A stretch of DNA of 64,000 nt from an uncultured Candidatus Saccharibacteria bacterium (GCA_964399075.1 CAYNPK010000002.1:20418-84417), one strand, 5' to 3'; shown: positions 16,498-25,584, counted from the first letter of the stretch. Numbers and translations are program-made. Notes: generated by a model from the letters alone, not told the origin.

Positions 16498-16627
16498 GCT
16501 TATCACCTCCTTTCACTGACCTAAAAAAGTACTACCTTGCCTAGGCACTGTGTCTAGGCAACTGGAAGTTAGTATAGCATGAGGATTGTAATTGTAAAGA
16601 ACTTGTGTTTATAACCAAAACTAATCT

Positions 16628-16715
16628 CACCTCATCTTTTCTTCCACAAACTTCTTAGTTTCATTCTCAAGATTCTACCACAGAATAGCTAAAATTAGAA
16701 GGGGGAGTGCAAAGA
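16628..16715 (-). promoter_or_regulatory. promoter module copy 5 (TGTGGTAGAAT) fused directly to a 3'-terminal remnant of a family-C gene
   Basis: ctcaagattctaccacagaatagctaaaattagaaggggg next to catcttttcttccacaaacttcttagtttcatt. Confidence 0.4.
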
Positions 16716-16888
16716 TTTGGTGAGATGACAGCCTTGTTATTTTTTGAATCGGCGTGAGGGGCTGTTGAATAATCAAGAATAAAGTACTAAGTAAACTGCA
16801 AAGGATGTCCTTGATATTTTGCTACCCAGATGTTAATTTGTAAATAGTGTATGGTTGATTCAATTGGTCTTTAAAAAAGGAAGAAGTT

Positions 16889-18199
16889 ATGAAATTATCG
16901 CGTTTTAATGTTTGGTCGCTTTGTGACCATGGTCTCATTATCTTTAACACTCTTACTTGCGCCTTGTCAGTTTTCGAAGGGGATTACATTGAAAAGGTGT
17001 TCCGGGCTCTCAAGAATGAGGACATTGACAGTATTCCAGGAGAATTTTTGCTGGCAATGTCTGAGGATGGTTATTTAGTTGAGGACGAACTCGATGAACT
17101 TGGATTTATCAGAGATGCTTGCTGTGAAAGACGGTCTAAAACGGACGAGTACTCCCTGTGTGTGATTCTTACAATGGATTGCAACTTGGATTGCGCCTAT
17201 TGCTTCCAGAAGCATTCCAAAGAAAATCTATCACAGGTTGAAGTTGCCAAGGTTTTGAACATGTTTCGAGGGATAGCAACCAAGGCAAAGAGGATTGAAG
17301 TTGACTGGTTTGGTGGCGAGCCACTTCGCTCGTTCAGTGTTCTGAAATCCATGAATGATCAGCTTATGGCTATTGCTCAAGCTTCGGGTGTAGATTATCA
17401 GCATTCAATTACTACTAATGGTTACTACCTAAGCCATAAAGTAATCACCTATCTAGCCAAAACTCCTCTCTCGATTCTCACGATCACTCTGGATGGTCCC
17501 GCAGAAACTCACGATCGTAGTCGGCCAACAAAAAGTGGTCAGCCAACATTCCTTAAGATTCTCGAGAATGTTCAGATGGCGATTAAGGCTGGTCTGAATA
17601 TTTCTATTCGGGTTAACATTACTACTCTGAATGTTGATCGGGTTCATGAGTTGTATGATGTCTTGGAGTCGCGTGGTCTCAAGAACAAAGTTGAGGTTAA
17701 TCTCCAGGCAGTGGTTTCTTCTGACGTTAGATCGTGTGAGGAATACTGTCTTTCTGGACACGACTTCGCTTGTCGATCAATGAGGATATACAAGTGGGCA
17801 GCACAAAAAGGATGGGTGGTTTTTCCTCCCACGGAAAAATTGAGGGCTTTGGGATTTTGTGTTGGAGAGTACCCGAATCGCTTCATCACTGATCTCCATG
17901 GGAACTTGTATCGATGTAGTCAAATGACGGACGACGAGATGGTCGGCGCCCTAGATGACGATGGCTCAATCATTCTTCGGGAGACGGAGAATGAACTTTG
18001 GATTAACAAAGATCCTCTCAAGTTTCCTGAATGTCAAGGATGCTCAATCTTACCCATTTGCATGGGCGGTTGTAATCTTAAGCGGCGCGCCGGCAAAAAG
18101 TCAGTAGACTACTGTCTCGACTGGAAACATGATTTACCCGGCTTGCTTGAGGTCTTAGTGCTGAATGAGAGAAATATCGCCCTCTCCCAGCTGGATTGA
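16889..18199 (+). CDS. radical SAM / SPASM-domain peptide maturase (rSAM no.4)
   Basis: CNLDCAYC, FGGEPL, and C-terminal CQGCSILPICMGGCNLKR. RBS AAGGAAGAAG before ATG. Confidence 0.85.
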   Translation: MKLSRFNVWSLCDHGLIIFNTLTCALSVFEGDYIEKVFRALKNEDIDSIPGEFLLAMSEDGYLVEDELDELGFIRDACCERRSKTDEYSLCVILTMDCNLDCAYCFQKHSKENLSQVEVAKVLNMFRGIATKAKRIEVDWFGGEPLRSFSVLKSMNDQLMAIAQASGVDYQHSITTNGYYLSHKVITYLAKTPLSILTITLDGPAETHDRSRPTKSGQPTFLKILENVQMAIKAGLNISIRVNITTLNVDRVHELYDVLESRGLKNKVEVNLQAVVSSDVRSCEEYCLSGHDFACRSMRIYKWAAQKGWVVFPPTEKLRALGFCVGEYPNRFITDLHGNLYRCSQMTDDEMVGALDDDGSIILRETENELWINKDPLKFPECQGCSILPICMGGCNLKRRAGKKSVDYCLDWKHDLPGLLEVLVLNERNIALSQLD

Positions 18200-18250
18200 A
18201 GAATGGTTGCTTTGTTGGTACTCTTAAGTGTTGGAAAGGAGGTGATGAAC

Positions 18251-18331
18251 ATGAAGCGCGTTAAAAAAGCACGGGCGACAAAAGTAGTTACGCCACGTGC
18301 GACGTTCTCATCCTGCTGCAGAAACAAGTGA
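18251..18331 (+). CDS. 26-aa basic peptide with C-terminal SSCC; candidate precursor
   Basis: GGAAAGGAGGTG 8 nt before ATG 18251. Sequence MKRVKKARATKVVTPRATFSSCCRNK. A strong terminator follows. Confidence 0.4.
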   Translation: MKRVKKARATKVVTPRATFSSCCRNK

Positions 18332-18347
18332 TTTTGCAGCGCAGCCA

Positions 18348-18382
18348 AGAGGCACAAGCTAGAAAGCTTGTGCCTCTTTTTC
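18348..18382. terminator. rho-independent terminator (13-bp perfect stem AGAGGCACAAGCT/AGCTTGTGCCTCT, loop AGAA, TTTTTC)
   Basis: Closes rSAM no.4 and the peptide gene. Also sits at the 3' end of the convergent gene 18359..18808. Confidence 0.6.
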
Positions 18383-18808
18383 ATGTTTCTCGTCTCTTCT
18401 TCCCAAGAACGCCGCTACGACATTGTCGACAAATTCTTCAAGTTTGTTTAAGTAAAGTTCGTGATTTTGTCCGAATTTTTTATGATTTTCCAATATTAAA
18501 TCCTCACTGAATTTGTCGTAGTCATTTATTAAAACATGGACTAATTCGTGAACTAAGGTATGTTCTTCGTCACACCAAGGATTCCACGTTAATTGTATGG
18601 TGGCGATTTTCTTTTGAGAATTAGCTTCGAAGCCGCCACTTTGTCGCCATCCATTTTCACGCCAAAAATCCACAATCTTGAGATCTAATTTCCAATCGGC
18701 CATGCCCATTTTCTCCTGCCACTTCCTGAGCAATTTTTCCAGTTCGGGCACAGCTAAACCCCTTTTCTTGTTTTCAAATCCGTAAAATATTTTACGATCT
18801 CCTTCCAT
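18359..18808 (-). CDS. HExxH metallopeptidase-like protein, family E (HTLVHELVHVLIND; SprT/DUF45-like)
   Basis: 149-aa ORF. Confidence 0.55.
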   Translation of the reverse strand: MEGDRKIFYGFENKKRGLAVPELEKLLRKWQEKMGMADWKLDLKIVDFWRENGWRQSGGFEANSQKKIATIQLTWNPWCDEEHTLVHELVHVLINDYDKFSEDLILENHKKFGQNHELYLNKLEEFVDNVVAAFLGRRDEKHEKEAQAF

Positions 18809-18870
18809 AAATTTAAGTATAACAACTAAGCAAATAATTATGCAACAATTATTCTCGAACTATCTTCCAG

Positions 18871-18909
18871 ATGGCTAAAATTAGAAGAGGGGGTTATTGA
18901 ATTATATAA
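18871..18909 (-). promoter_or_regulatory. promoter module copy 6
   Basis: atggctaaaattagaagagggggttattgaattatataa lies upstream of minus-strand ATG 18808. Confidence 0.35.
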
Positions 18910-19471
18910 TATTTCCGTTTCGTTGATAAAAAAAGCGATGTAGGTGCCAATATTTTAAATTGCCAGATTTGGTTTGACCGTAACCCTCTTCAGTGGATTT
19001 AAAATACAACTTTAATTTTATTTGACTTAACAAATCCTGAATTTCTTGGTAGTCAAAATTTATTAGAGCTCGCTCATCCTTAGTCCATTCATCATTAGGA
19101 CCAAGGAGGGAGAAAGCGAAAATTCCTTTGTCGATTAGGCCATCTGTTGCTTTCTGAATAATCTCAAGAATCTGTTCTCGCGTGCTTAAAAAAAATAGGG
19201 AGTTGTTGGTGATAATTACTTGATAGGTCCTAGGGTTGATAATGAAGTTTGTCATATCGTCCTCTTGAATTCTAATTGTTGGATTTGTTTTCGTCGCTCT
19301 TAGATTTGCCAAGGTGGCTGGATTTTTATCCACGGCGTCAACTTGGTAACCCAATTGTGCCAGTTGAAGCGAGTCTTCTCCATTACCACAACCTAAGTCA
19401 AGTATCTTGCCAGGCTCTCGATGGGGAATAATTTTGTCACTTATTAATTTGTGCAAAATAAAGCTGGGCAT
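18902..19471 (-). CDS. class I SAM-dependent methyltransferase
   Basis: ILDLGCGNGEDS motif I and AVD motif II. Confidence 0.65.
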   Translation of the reverse strand: MPSFILHKLISDKIIPHREPGKILDLGCGNGEDSLQLAQLGYQVDAVDKNPATLANLRATKTNPTIRIQEDDMTNFIINPRTYQVIITNNSLFFLSTREQILEIIQKATDGLIDKGIFAFSLLGPNDEWTKDERALINFDYQEIQDLLSQIKLKLYFKSTEEGYGQTKSGNLKYWHLHRFFYQRNGNII

Positions 19472-19494
19472 TTAATAATTTATTTTAACATATT

Positions 19495-20076
19495 CTATAA
19501 ATCGCTGAACCATTTAGCAAACTGAATCTCGGCATCACCCCAAATATCCAGAAATTTTTGATAATCCTCGTTTCTGATTTCACCCATAGATTTACCCCCT
19601 GGGTTGTGTGGATGATCTGGAATGAACAATCTGTCAATAAAACTGCCCTCATCAAGAGAAAGTGTTTCTGTGATATGGCCACCGCACTCACTCTCAAAGA
19701 TTTTTGGTTCACCTCCGGGCTCACAATATGCTAAAGAATTTTTTATCTTCGCTTTACGGTTTTTCAGTTTTTTTAATACGTTAAAAAACAGATCGGCTCC
19801 TACTTGTTTATCTACATAAAATACAAAAGGTCCTGGAAAACCTCCTAGTTCTTCTATGAAAAAGCCGGAATCCATTTTTATAACTGGCTGGTTCAATAAG
19901 TTGGCGCCATATTTTGCGGAATACGCAGCAACCTCGCTATTGTCCTCAGATTGTATCTCGGGAATCCATGGTTTTTGTATTTCTACATCAATATCATAAC
20001 CAGTTATGGCTTGTTCGAAGCTCTTCTTTTTCTTCTCATTTCCCGTTAGTAGAATTATTTTTTTTGTCATAATCAA
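19495..20076 (-). CDS. Ham1/ITPase-family non-canonical purine NTP pyrophosphatase
   Basis: IILLTGNEKKKKSFE N-terminal motif and FIPDHPHNPGGKSMGEI. Confidence 0.55.
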   Translation of the reverse strand: MIMTKKIILLTGNEKKKKSFEQAITGYDIDVEIQKPWIPEIQSEDNSEVAAYSAKYGANLLNQPVIKMDSGFFIEELGGFPGPFVFYVDKQVGADLFFNVLKKLKNRKAKIKNSLAYCEPGGEPKIFESECGGHITETLSLDEGSFIDRLFIPDHPHNPGGKSMGEIRNEDYQKFLDIWGDAEIQFAKWFSDL

Positions 20077-20681
20077 TAGGCGTTTAACATCGAGCTTAAT
20101 TTTTTTAAATGACCCGCTGAGCCATTAAATATCCAATCCGAATGTTTTGTGAGTCGATTGCATAGCTGATTAAATTTCTTAGCGTCTCCTATTAGCTTTA
20201 AATTATAATTTTTAATTACATCCAACAATTCAGCTTTATTTTTTTCTAAATTTTTTGCGTTAGACATTTTTTCTACCTCTACATAAGCGATTGACCCAGC
20301 TTTGACTAGTGTCAATGTGATATTATTTCCCAAATCAAAATTAAAATTTTCACGTTCGGTAACTTTTGAAGCAAGTCCAAGTAGCGAAAACGTTTTCGCT
20401 AGATCAACGAATCGCTCCTTTGTAATTTTTCGAGAATCTTCGACCCGATCGTGAGTGTGGAAATCTCCTCTTTTTATAACAATTTCGGCTTCATTGTTTG
20501 AGTTTATGCGAACTCTAATATCAACATTTACTTTGTTTATTTCTCCCAAAAACATAACCGACAATCTTTTTGTCTTGGATATTTGTTTATTTGTTTTATT
20601 TAAACCACTAAGTAGTTTTCTAAATTGAGTAGGAGTGACTTCTGCCCTCAATTCAAGTTCTATGTTGTTATTATTTGACAT
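20073..20681 (-). CDS. CYTH-domain protein (paralog)
   Basis: MSNNNNIELELRAEV start. Homologous to 9442..10056. Confidence 0.6.
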   Translation of the reverse strand: MSNNNNIELELRAEVTPTQFRKLLSGLNKTNKQISKTKRLSVMFLGEINKVNVDIRVRINSNNEAEIVIKRGDFHTHDRVEDSRKITKERFVDLAKTFSLLGLASKVTERENFNFDLGNNITLTLVKAGSIAYVEVEKMSNAKNLEKNKAELLDVIKNYNLKLIGDAKKFNQLCNRLTKHSDWIFNGSAGHLKKLSSMLNAY

Positions 20682-20682
20682 G

Positions 20683-21618
20683 TTATAAATTTGAGAAAAA
20701 TAGATATTTGTTATACATATGCGAATAACTAATCGTTCTTTTTTGCTCCGGATTTTCTAATCGGTCGCAAAAGAAAGTGGCCGTATCCGATAGTGTAGCA
20801 AACTTGATCCATGAATATAAATTATCATCTTTGAAAATTTTATTTTTAGCAACAGAATTATAACCTTCAAGAAAGACATCAAACAGCTTAGTGTCTGGCT
20901 CTCTTGAGCCATCTGGGAATGACCACTCAACAACGCCAAGTGCCAAATCTTTAATGCTTGGACCGACGCAACTCCAATCAAAATCGATAACTCCACTTAT
21001 AATCAAGTCTGTTTGGAAAAAGACGTTACCAACTCGGTAATCATTATGAATCAGGCCACTGGGAACATTTTGACTTTTAGCAAAGGTTATACTTTCTTTA
21101 ACCTGATCGACAAACATTTTACCACCATTGAAATTCTCCACAAACAAATTCTCGTTCTTTAGCACGCGCTCCAACTCAACAAAAATATTTCTACTTCTAA
21201 CAGAAGAAGATTTAAATGCTTGTCCGATATTTGCAATATTTCCCAACGTAGCGCCCGCTGTATTTGCTTGTTCTATTGTTGGCAGATGATCTTTGTCTAT
21301 TTTGGCGTGATAACCATCTATATAATCAAACATAACCGCAACTTCGACATCTTCGCTAGATGCGTAAAAATTATCTTTTTTTGTTTTTATCCATTTTGGA
21401 ACAGGAAAACCGTTATCAGACAAATGTTGTATGGCCTCATATTCAAACCGAACATCTTGTATTTGCAACTTCTTGCTAAGACGCAAAATTTTCTTATCTT
21501 TAGCGCCGATAATATATACTTGGTTGTCTCCCGATTCGCGACCCAGTTCTCTTGGCTCGGTTTCCGCAATATCATACTGGGCTAGTATTTTTGTAAGCGT
21601 ATCCATTTTATTCAACAA
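20683..21618 (-). CDS. aminoglycoside/choline/homoserine-kinase-type phosphotransferase (APH fold)
   Basis: HNDYRVGN catalytic loop and IDFDW. Confidence 0.65.
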   Translation of the reverse strand: MLNKMDTLTKILAQYDIAETEPRELGRESGDNQVYIIGAKDKKILRLSKKLQIQDVRFEYEAIQHLSDNGFPVPKWIKTKKDNFYASSEDVEVAVMFDYIDGYHAKIDKDHLPTIEQANTAGATLGNIANIGQAFKSSSVRSRNIFVELERVLKNENLFVENFNGGKMFVDQVKESITFAKSQNVPSGLIHNDYRVGNVFFQTDLIISGVIDFDWSCVGPSIKDLALGVVEWSFPDGSREPDTKLFDVFLEGYNSVAKNKIFKDDNLYSWIKFATLSDTATFFCDRLENPEQKRTISYSHMYNKYLFFSNL

Positions 21619-21713
21619 AAGAGGCCTTGAGTTTTGATTCTTTTTTATTCATATATATTCTGTTGTTTGCCTCATTATAACCCATAAAAAGGGGATGGTG
21701 TATAATTAAAGAT

Positions 21714-22148
21714 ATGAATGATTCTGCTGAAAATAAAACTCATTTAGTCCTAGTTAACGGAATAGTTTTTAATGGAGATAAAGTTTTACTATCTCAACGT
21801 AGTTGGGATGAGCCACATGAGCCGGGAAAGTGGACTATCCCCGGAGGGAAAGTCGAGAGAACGAAAGATGAAGAGTTTGATATTATTGAAAAAACGCTGA
21901 AAAGTGAGATTTTGGAAGAAACTGGCATAGAGATAGATGGTGAGATAAAACTAATTGCTAATAATACTTTTCTTAGATCCACTGGTCAGCATGTAATCGC
22001 TCTCGTGTTCAAATGTAGATACAAAAATGGCGAAGCAACGCCTCTGGAGGATACCATTGATTGCAAGTGGGCAACTTTAGAAGAAGTTAAAGAGATGGAG
22101 TTTTCTCCCAATGTTAAAGAATATATTTTGAGAGCTTATTCGGATTAA
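21714..22148 (+). CDS. NUDIX hydrolase
   Basis: GGKVERTKDEEFDIIEKTLKSEILEETGI, Nudix-box-like. Confidence 0.6.
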   Translation: MNDSAENKTHLVLVNGIVFNGDKVLLSQRSWDEPHEPGKWTIPGGKVERTKDEEFDIIEKTLKSEILEETGIEIDGEIKLIANNTFLRSTGQHVIALVFKCRYKNGEATPLEDTIDCKWATLEEVKEMEFSPNVKEYILRAYSD

Positions 22149-22164
22149 CTTTTTAATTTTAGCA

Positions 22165-22782
22165 ATGAGACCCAAAGTAAACATCAAATATAATCGATTT
22201 TTAGATCCGATTTTTATTTTTTATTGCCAAAATTCACCAGAAACCAAGAATCGTGGTTGGCACGAATGGAGCCCACCGTCTAAAGAAGTGCTAGAAAAAA
22301 GAATTGAAAATTATAGGAGTGAGTGGCAAAAAAATGAGACAAAAATTCTAAATGCCATGTGTAAGTCTCTTGGTTTAAATTTCAAGCGAAACATTATTGA
22401 CGTTCACATCGTAAGCGGAAACCAAAGGCAATTTAGCCATCCTTTAGTAATAAAAAGTGGCTTTTCACCAAGTGACTTTGTTGATGTTTTAACCCACGAA
22501 TTGATCCACATCCTGCTAACAGATAATACTGATAATATACCAACCCTAAAAAATTTATTTCCCACTTACTTCGCCGAAAGTTATCTAACCCTCAATCATA
22601 TTCTTGTTCAGGCGGTGTTAAAATATATTTATTTAGATATCTTAAACGAACCCAAAAAACTTAAGGCAAATATTGCCTCGTCAAAAAAACATAGCACACC
22701 TGATTATTCTAGAGCTTGGGAAATTGTGGAAAAAGAGGGATACCTAAATATAATCCATCAATTCAAAATTTCCTTGAAATAA
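22165..22782 (+). CDS. HExxH metallopeptidase-like protein, family F (LTHELIHILLTD)
   Basis: 205-aa ORF. Confidence 0.5.
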   Translation: MRPKVNIKYNRFLDPIFIFYCQNSPETKNRGWHEWSPPSKEVLEKRIENYRSEWQKNETKILNAMCKSLGLNFKRNIIDVHIVSGNQRQFSHPLVIKSGFSPSDFVDVLTHELIHILLTDNTDNIPTLKNLFPTYFAESYLTLNHILVQAVLKYIYLDILNEPKKLKANIASSKKHSTPDYSRAWEIVEKEGYLNIIHQFKISLK

Positions 22783-23363
22783 TTTCTGTAGGGGAAATTG
22801 CCTTCACTATACTGTCCGAAATTATGCCCAGAATCTATCTTGCTTGTGTAGGACATTAATTCATCATCAGACATTAATTTTATATTTAAATCATTTGATA
22901 CCTCTAGGATCTTTTTTTCGGCCACGTTTTTATTTTTAATAGAATTTAACATGATTTCTAGCTCCACGTGGAATCCCCAGGATTCAGTATATTTTAGGGC
23001 AATTTCTACTTCGTGGTATAAATAATTAGTTCTAAACTGGTATACGCGATGGATATCATTTGGTTTAAGTCGCTTAAAAAAATCTATGACCTTAGTTGTT
23101 TCATTAGGTAAAATGGTAAACTCTATTTCCTCGAAATGGCTCTGTACTCCAATTCTGCCTGGTTTTAATGAAACCTTTGCTTTGTTTGTATTTTGATTAT
23201 GGACAACCTTGATTACTTTATCGCTCCAGATAAAAAGGAAGTGTCTTTGCTGTCATCTCCAAGCAATTTAGCCTCATTCGATAGATATTTCTTTAATTCC
23301 AGAAATTTGTCCTCGGATATGCATGCCCTAAATTCAAGTTCAATGTTGTTATTATTTGACATA
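22758..23363 (-). pseudogene. degraded CYTH-domain paralog (frameshifted)
   Basis: N-terminus MSNNNNIELEFRACISEDKFLELKKY... (ATG 23363) stops early. The C-terminal piece KNKNVAEKKILEVSNDLNIKL in ORF 22758..22967 matches the CYTH C-terminus of 20073..20681. Confidence 0.45.
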
Positions 23364-23368
23364 TTATT

Positions 23369-23983
23369 TTACCCCTGTTTTTCTTTAATCAAACTCAACA
23401 CATCTTTGAATTTACCACCTTTTTGATAAATATCCCAAATAATTTTTCTCCATTCTTGCTCTTTTTCGGAATCATGACCTTTGTCAAAGCTAAACATGCG
23501 AAAACTTTTATGATCGTTTAGAATCACGGGAATTGCTTCTTTGATGTCTCTGTCGAGTTCAACTGGTTGGAAATAGTGGCAAAGTTCGTGCATGATGACT
23601 CTCTGTCGTTCGACCGGATTTTTGAAAAACGGAGCTGTAAACCATTTCTCCGTTGTTCCTTCTGAAAAGTCATAAGGAAAAATATCAAGACGTGTTAGAA
23701 AGCAGGTTAAATCCGGTGTAGAGATTTCCATTTCATAAAATGATCCCAGATGTTGATAAAAGTTTTGTTCGGTCTTTTCCCAAGTCTTTTGAATGTGAGA
23801 AATGAGTTGTTTGGCCAAGCCATCTTGTTCTGGAAGAATTTGGATATTTCGAATTTCATCCGCAATCATTTTCACCACTTCAGGAGACTTCTTACCCTCG
23901 ACGTATTTATGAAAAATTGTTTCTTCAATTGTCTTGTCGTACTTGAATAGAATCATTGTGTTTGTTGTGGATATTATAGACAA
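23369..23983 (-). CDS. HExxH metallopeptidase-like protein, family G (IMHELCHYFQP)
   Basis: 204-aa ORF. Confidence 0.5.
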   Translation of the reverse strand: MSIISTTNTMILFKYDKTIEETIFHKYVEGKKSPEVVKMIADEIRNIQILPEQDGLAKQLISHIQKTWEKTEQNFYQHLGSFYEMEISTPDLTCFLTRLDIFPYDFSEGTTEKWFTAPFFKNPVERQRVIMHELCHYFQPVELDRDIKEAIPVILNDHKSFRMFSFDKGHDSEKEQEWRKIIWDIYQKGGKFKDVLSLIKEKQG

Positions 23984-24013
23984 AAATATTGATTAGATTA
24001 CGGTTTGATTCTG

Positions 24014-24529
24014 CTACCCTTCATTTTGGTGTATTTTTTTGATCGTTTCGAAACTATTCAAGCCGAGATCCCAAGCATCTCGACCCTTGCGCCAGAGTTG
24101 CCAATCTTTGTAGGGGGTTTCGTCAGTAATTTCTCCTTTTATTGGAGCGGTTGATTTGCCGGAAACATCAAAAACATACCAGCCGTCACTAAGTTTTATT
24201 TCTGCCACCGAATGGACCATTTCCCCCTTTTTGATTTTAACAAAGCGAGTTTCTAGTTCCAGCGCCTGGCAAAAGGCTAAAAACAAAACCACTTGATCAG
24301 TACAAGCTTTCCCTTCATAAACAAAGCCATCTTGGAGAATTTGGGATGCGGTTCGTCTCCAGCGAATGGCCTTTTCATGCTCGCGGGTCGATTCGTTGTA
24401 GGGGCGGAGTTCAATTTTAAGATCTAGCCGTTCTTTGATTTGTTTAAGTTTATCTGGAGTGATCGGCTTTTTTATGTCCGCGATCAACTCCCTTATTTTA
24501 GCTGATGGCTCAAGTTGACTTTTATCCAT
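24014..24529 (-). CDS. transglutaminase-like (Cys-His-Asp) domain protein
   Basis: GKACTDQVVLFLAFCQAL ... HSVAEI ... DVSGK spacing typical of the TGase-like fold. Confidence 0.4.
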   Translation of the reverse strand: MDKSQLEPSAKIRELIADIKKPITPDKLKQIKERLDLKIELRPYNESTREHEKAIRWRRTASQILQDGFVYEGKACTDQVVLFLAFCQALELETRFVKIKKGEMVHSVAEIKLSDGWYVFDVSGKSTAPIKGEITDETPYKDWQLWRKGRDAWDLGLNSFETIKKIHQNEG

Positions 24530-24583
24530 AAATTTATTACGGAGTTTATTAAAAATAAGAGAAGGGGGAAGTTTTTACCCAAA

Positions 24584-24925
24584 CTAATTCACCCCAGGAC
24601 CAACACAATCTTCTTCTGCTTCGTCGCAGATGATCTCCTCGCAAGAGATGACGCCGGTGGTGCACTCGGTTAGGCAGGAGTTATCTGAACATTGAGAGAA
24701 ATCTGATGCCGGCACTAAGAAGGTCTTGTAATGTTCCAATTCGTTGGGTGGACAGTCGCCACCGCTACAGTCTCGATAGAAGCAAGTTTCTGTTGCTGGA
24801 TTGCAAGGGGCTTCAACGAGGAAGTCGTAATCTTTGAGCCAGAGGAATTTATAAGCTGTCGCGATAATCACCAGAATGACTGATAGGGAAATAATCCACA
24901 GTAATATTTTGTCTATTTTATTCAC
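24584..24925 (-). CDS. small membrane-anchored Cys-rich protein
   Basis: N-terminal TM helix, 9 Cys in the ectodomain. Confidence 0.35.
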   Translation of the reverse strand: MNKIDKILLWIISLSVILVIIATAYKFLWLKDYDFLVEAPCNPATETCFYRDCSGGDCPPNELEHYKTFLVPASDFSQCSDNSCLTECTTGVISCEEIICDEAEEDCVGPGVN

Positions 24926-24962
24926 GTTTTAATTATACTATTTCTTGAGCTGAAGACAACCG

Positions 24963-25460
24963 TTAGCCGATAAGCCACTTGACGCCCTCAATCACTACCG
25001 CCCAGCCAGCAATCCAATACAGGTTGGAGACGACGGTGGCGGCAAAGAAGATGCGCCAATCTCGCCGGGACATGCCGTTATATTGATGAGCGCCATGCCG
25101 TAAGTATAGAGTGACGGTGATCGGGTCATCAATACAGAGGATAAAGAACGCTAAGATATCGCTCTTGCGGAGGACGTAGCCTAGGAGACGCTTCCACTTT
25201 CCCGCTTTTGGATCCTCGCGGAAACCTTTGAGAGTTTCGATTAGGAGCCAATCGGTCTTTGACCAGTCGTAGGCTCTGATAATTAAGACATTGAGGAATA
25301 CCGACAGGATAGTCATTGCCAGACCGCCCCAGATATTTCCTAGCCAAATCAGGACTGCTGGATAGAGCAAGAAGTCGAAGGGGTAGTTGATGAGATATCT
25401 CATGGCTAAACCGGTTCCGAAGATTACTCCGCCCTTAACTAATTTGTCAGCTTTATTCAC
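24963..25460 (-). CDS. integral membrane protein
   Basis: 165 aa with 4 predicted TM helices. Confidence 0.4.
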   Translation of the reverse strand: MNKADKLVKGGVIFGTGLAMRYLINYPFDFLLYPAVLIWLGNIWGGLAMTILSVFLNVLIIRAYDWSKTDWLLIETLKGFREDPKAGKWKRLLGYVLRKSDILAFFILCIDDPITVTLYLRHGAHQYNGMSRRDWRIFFAATVVSNLYWIAGWAVVIEGVKWLIG

Positions 25461-25584
25461 TTTAATATTTTACTATAGTTTCATTTATTTGACTAAATCA
25501 GTCTGATAGCGTATTGTCTTTAAGGCGTTACTGTAGTTCTTCGTCAGTTCTTAAGTTCTTACCACAGAAAGGAGGTAGGCGCTG

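Noticed and set aside
16282-16524. 80-aa plus-strand ORF in the GC-rich element
   Set aside because: It starts inside the terminator hairpin and lacks an RBS. The opposite strand carries the strong SD+ATG. Neither strand is a confident CDS.
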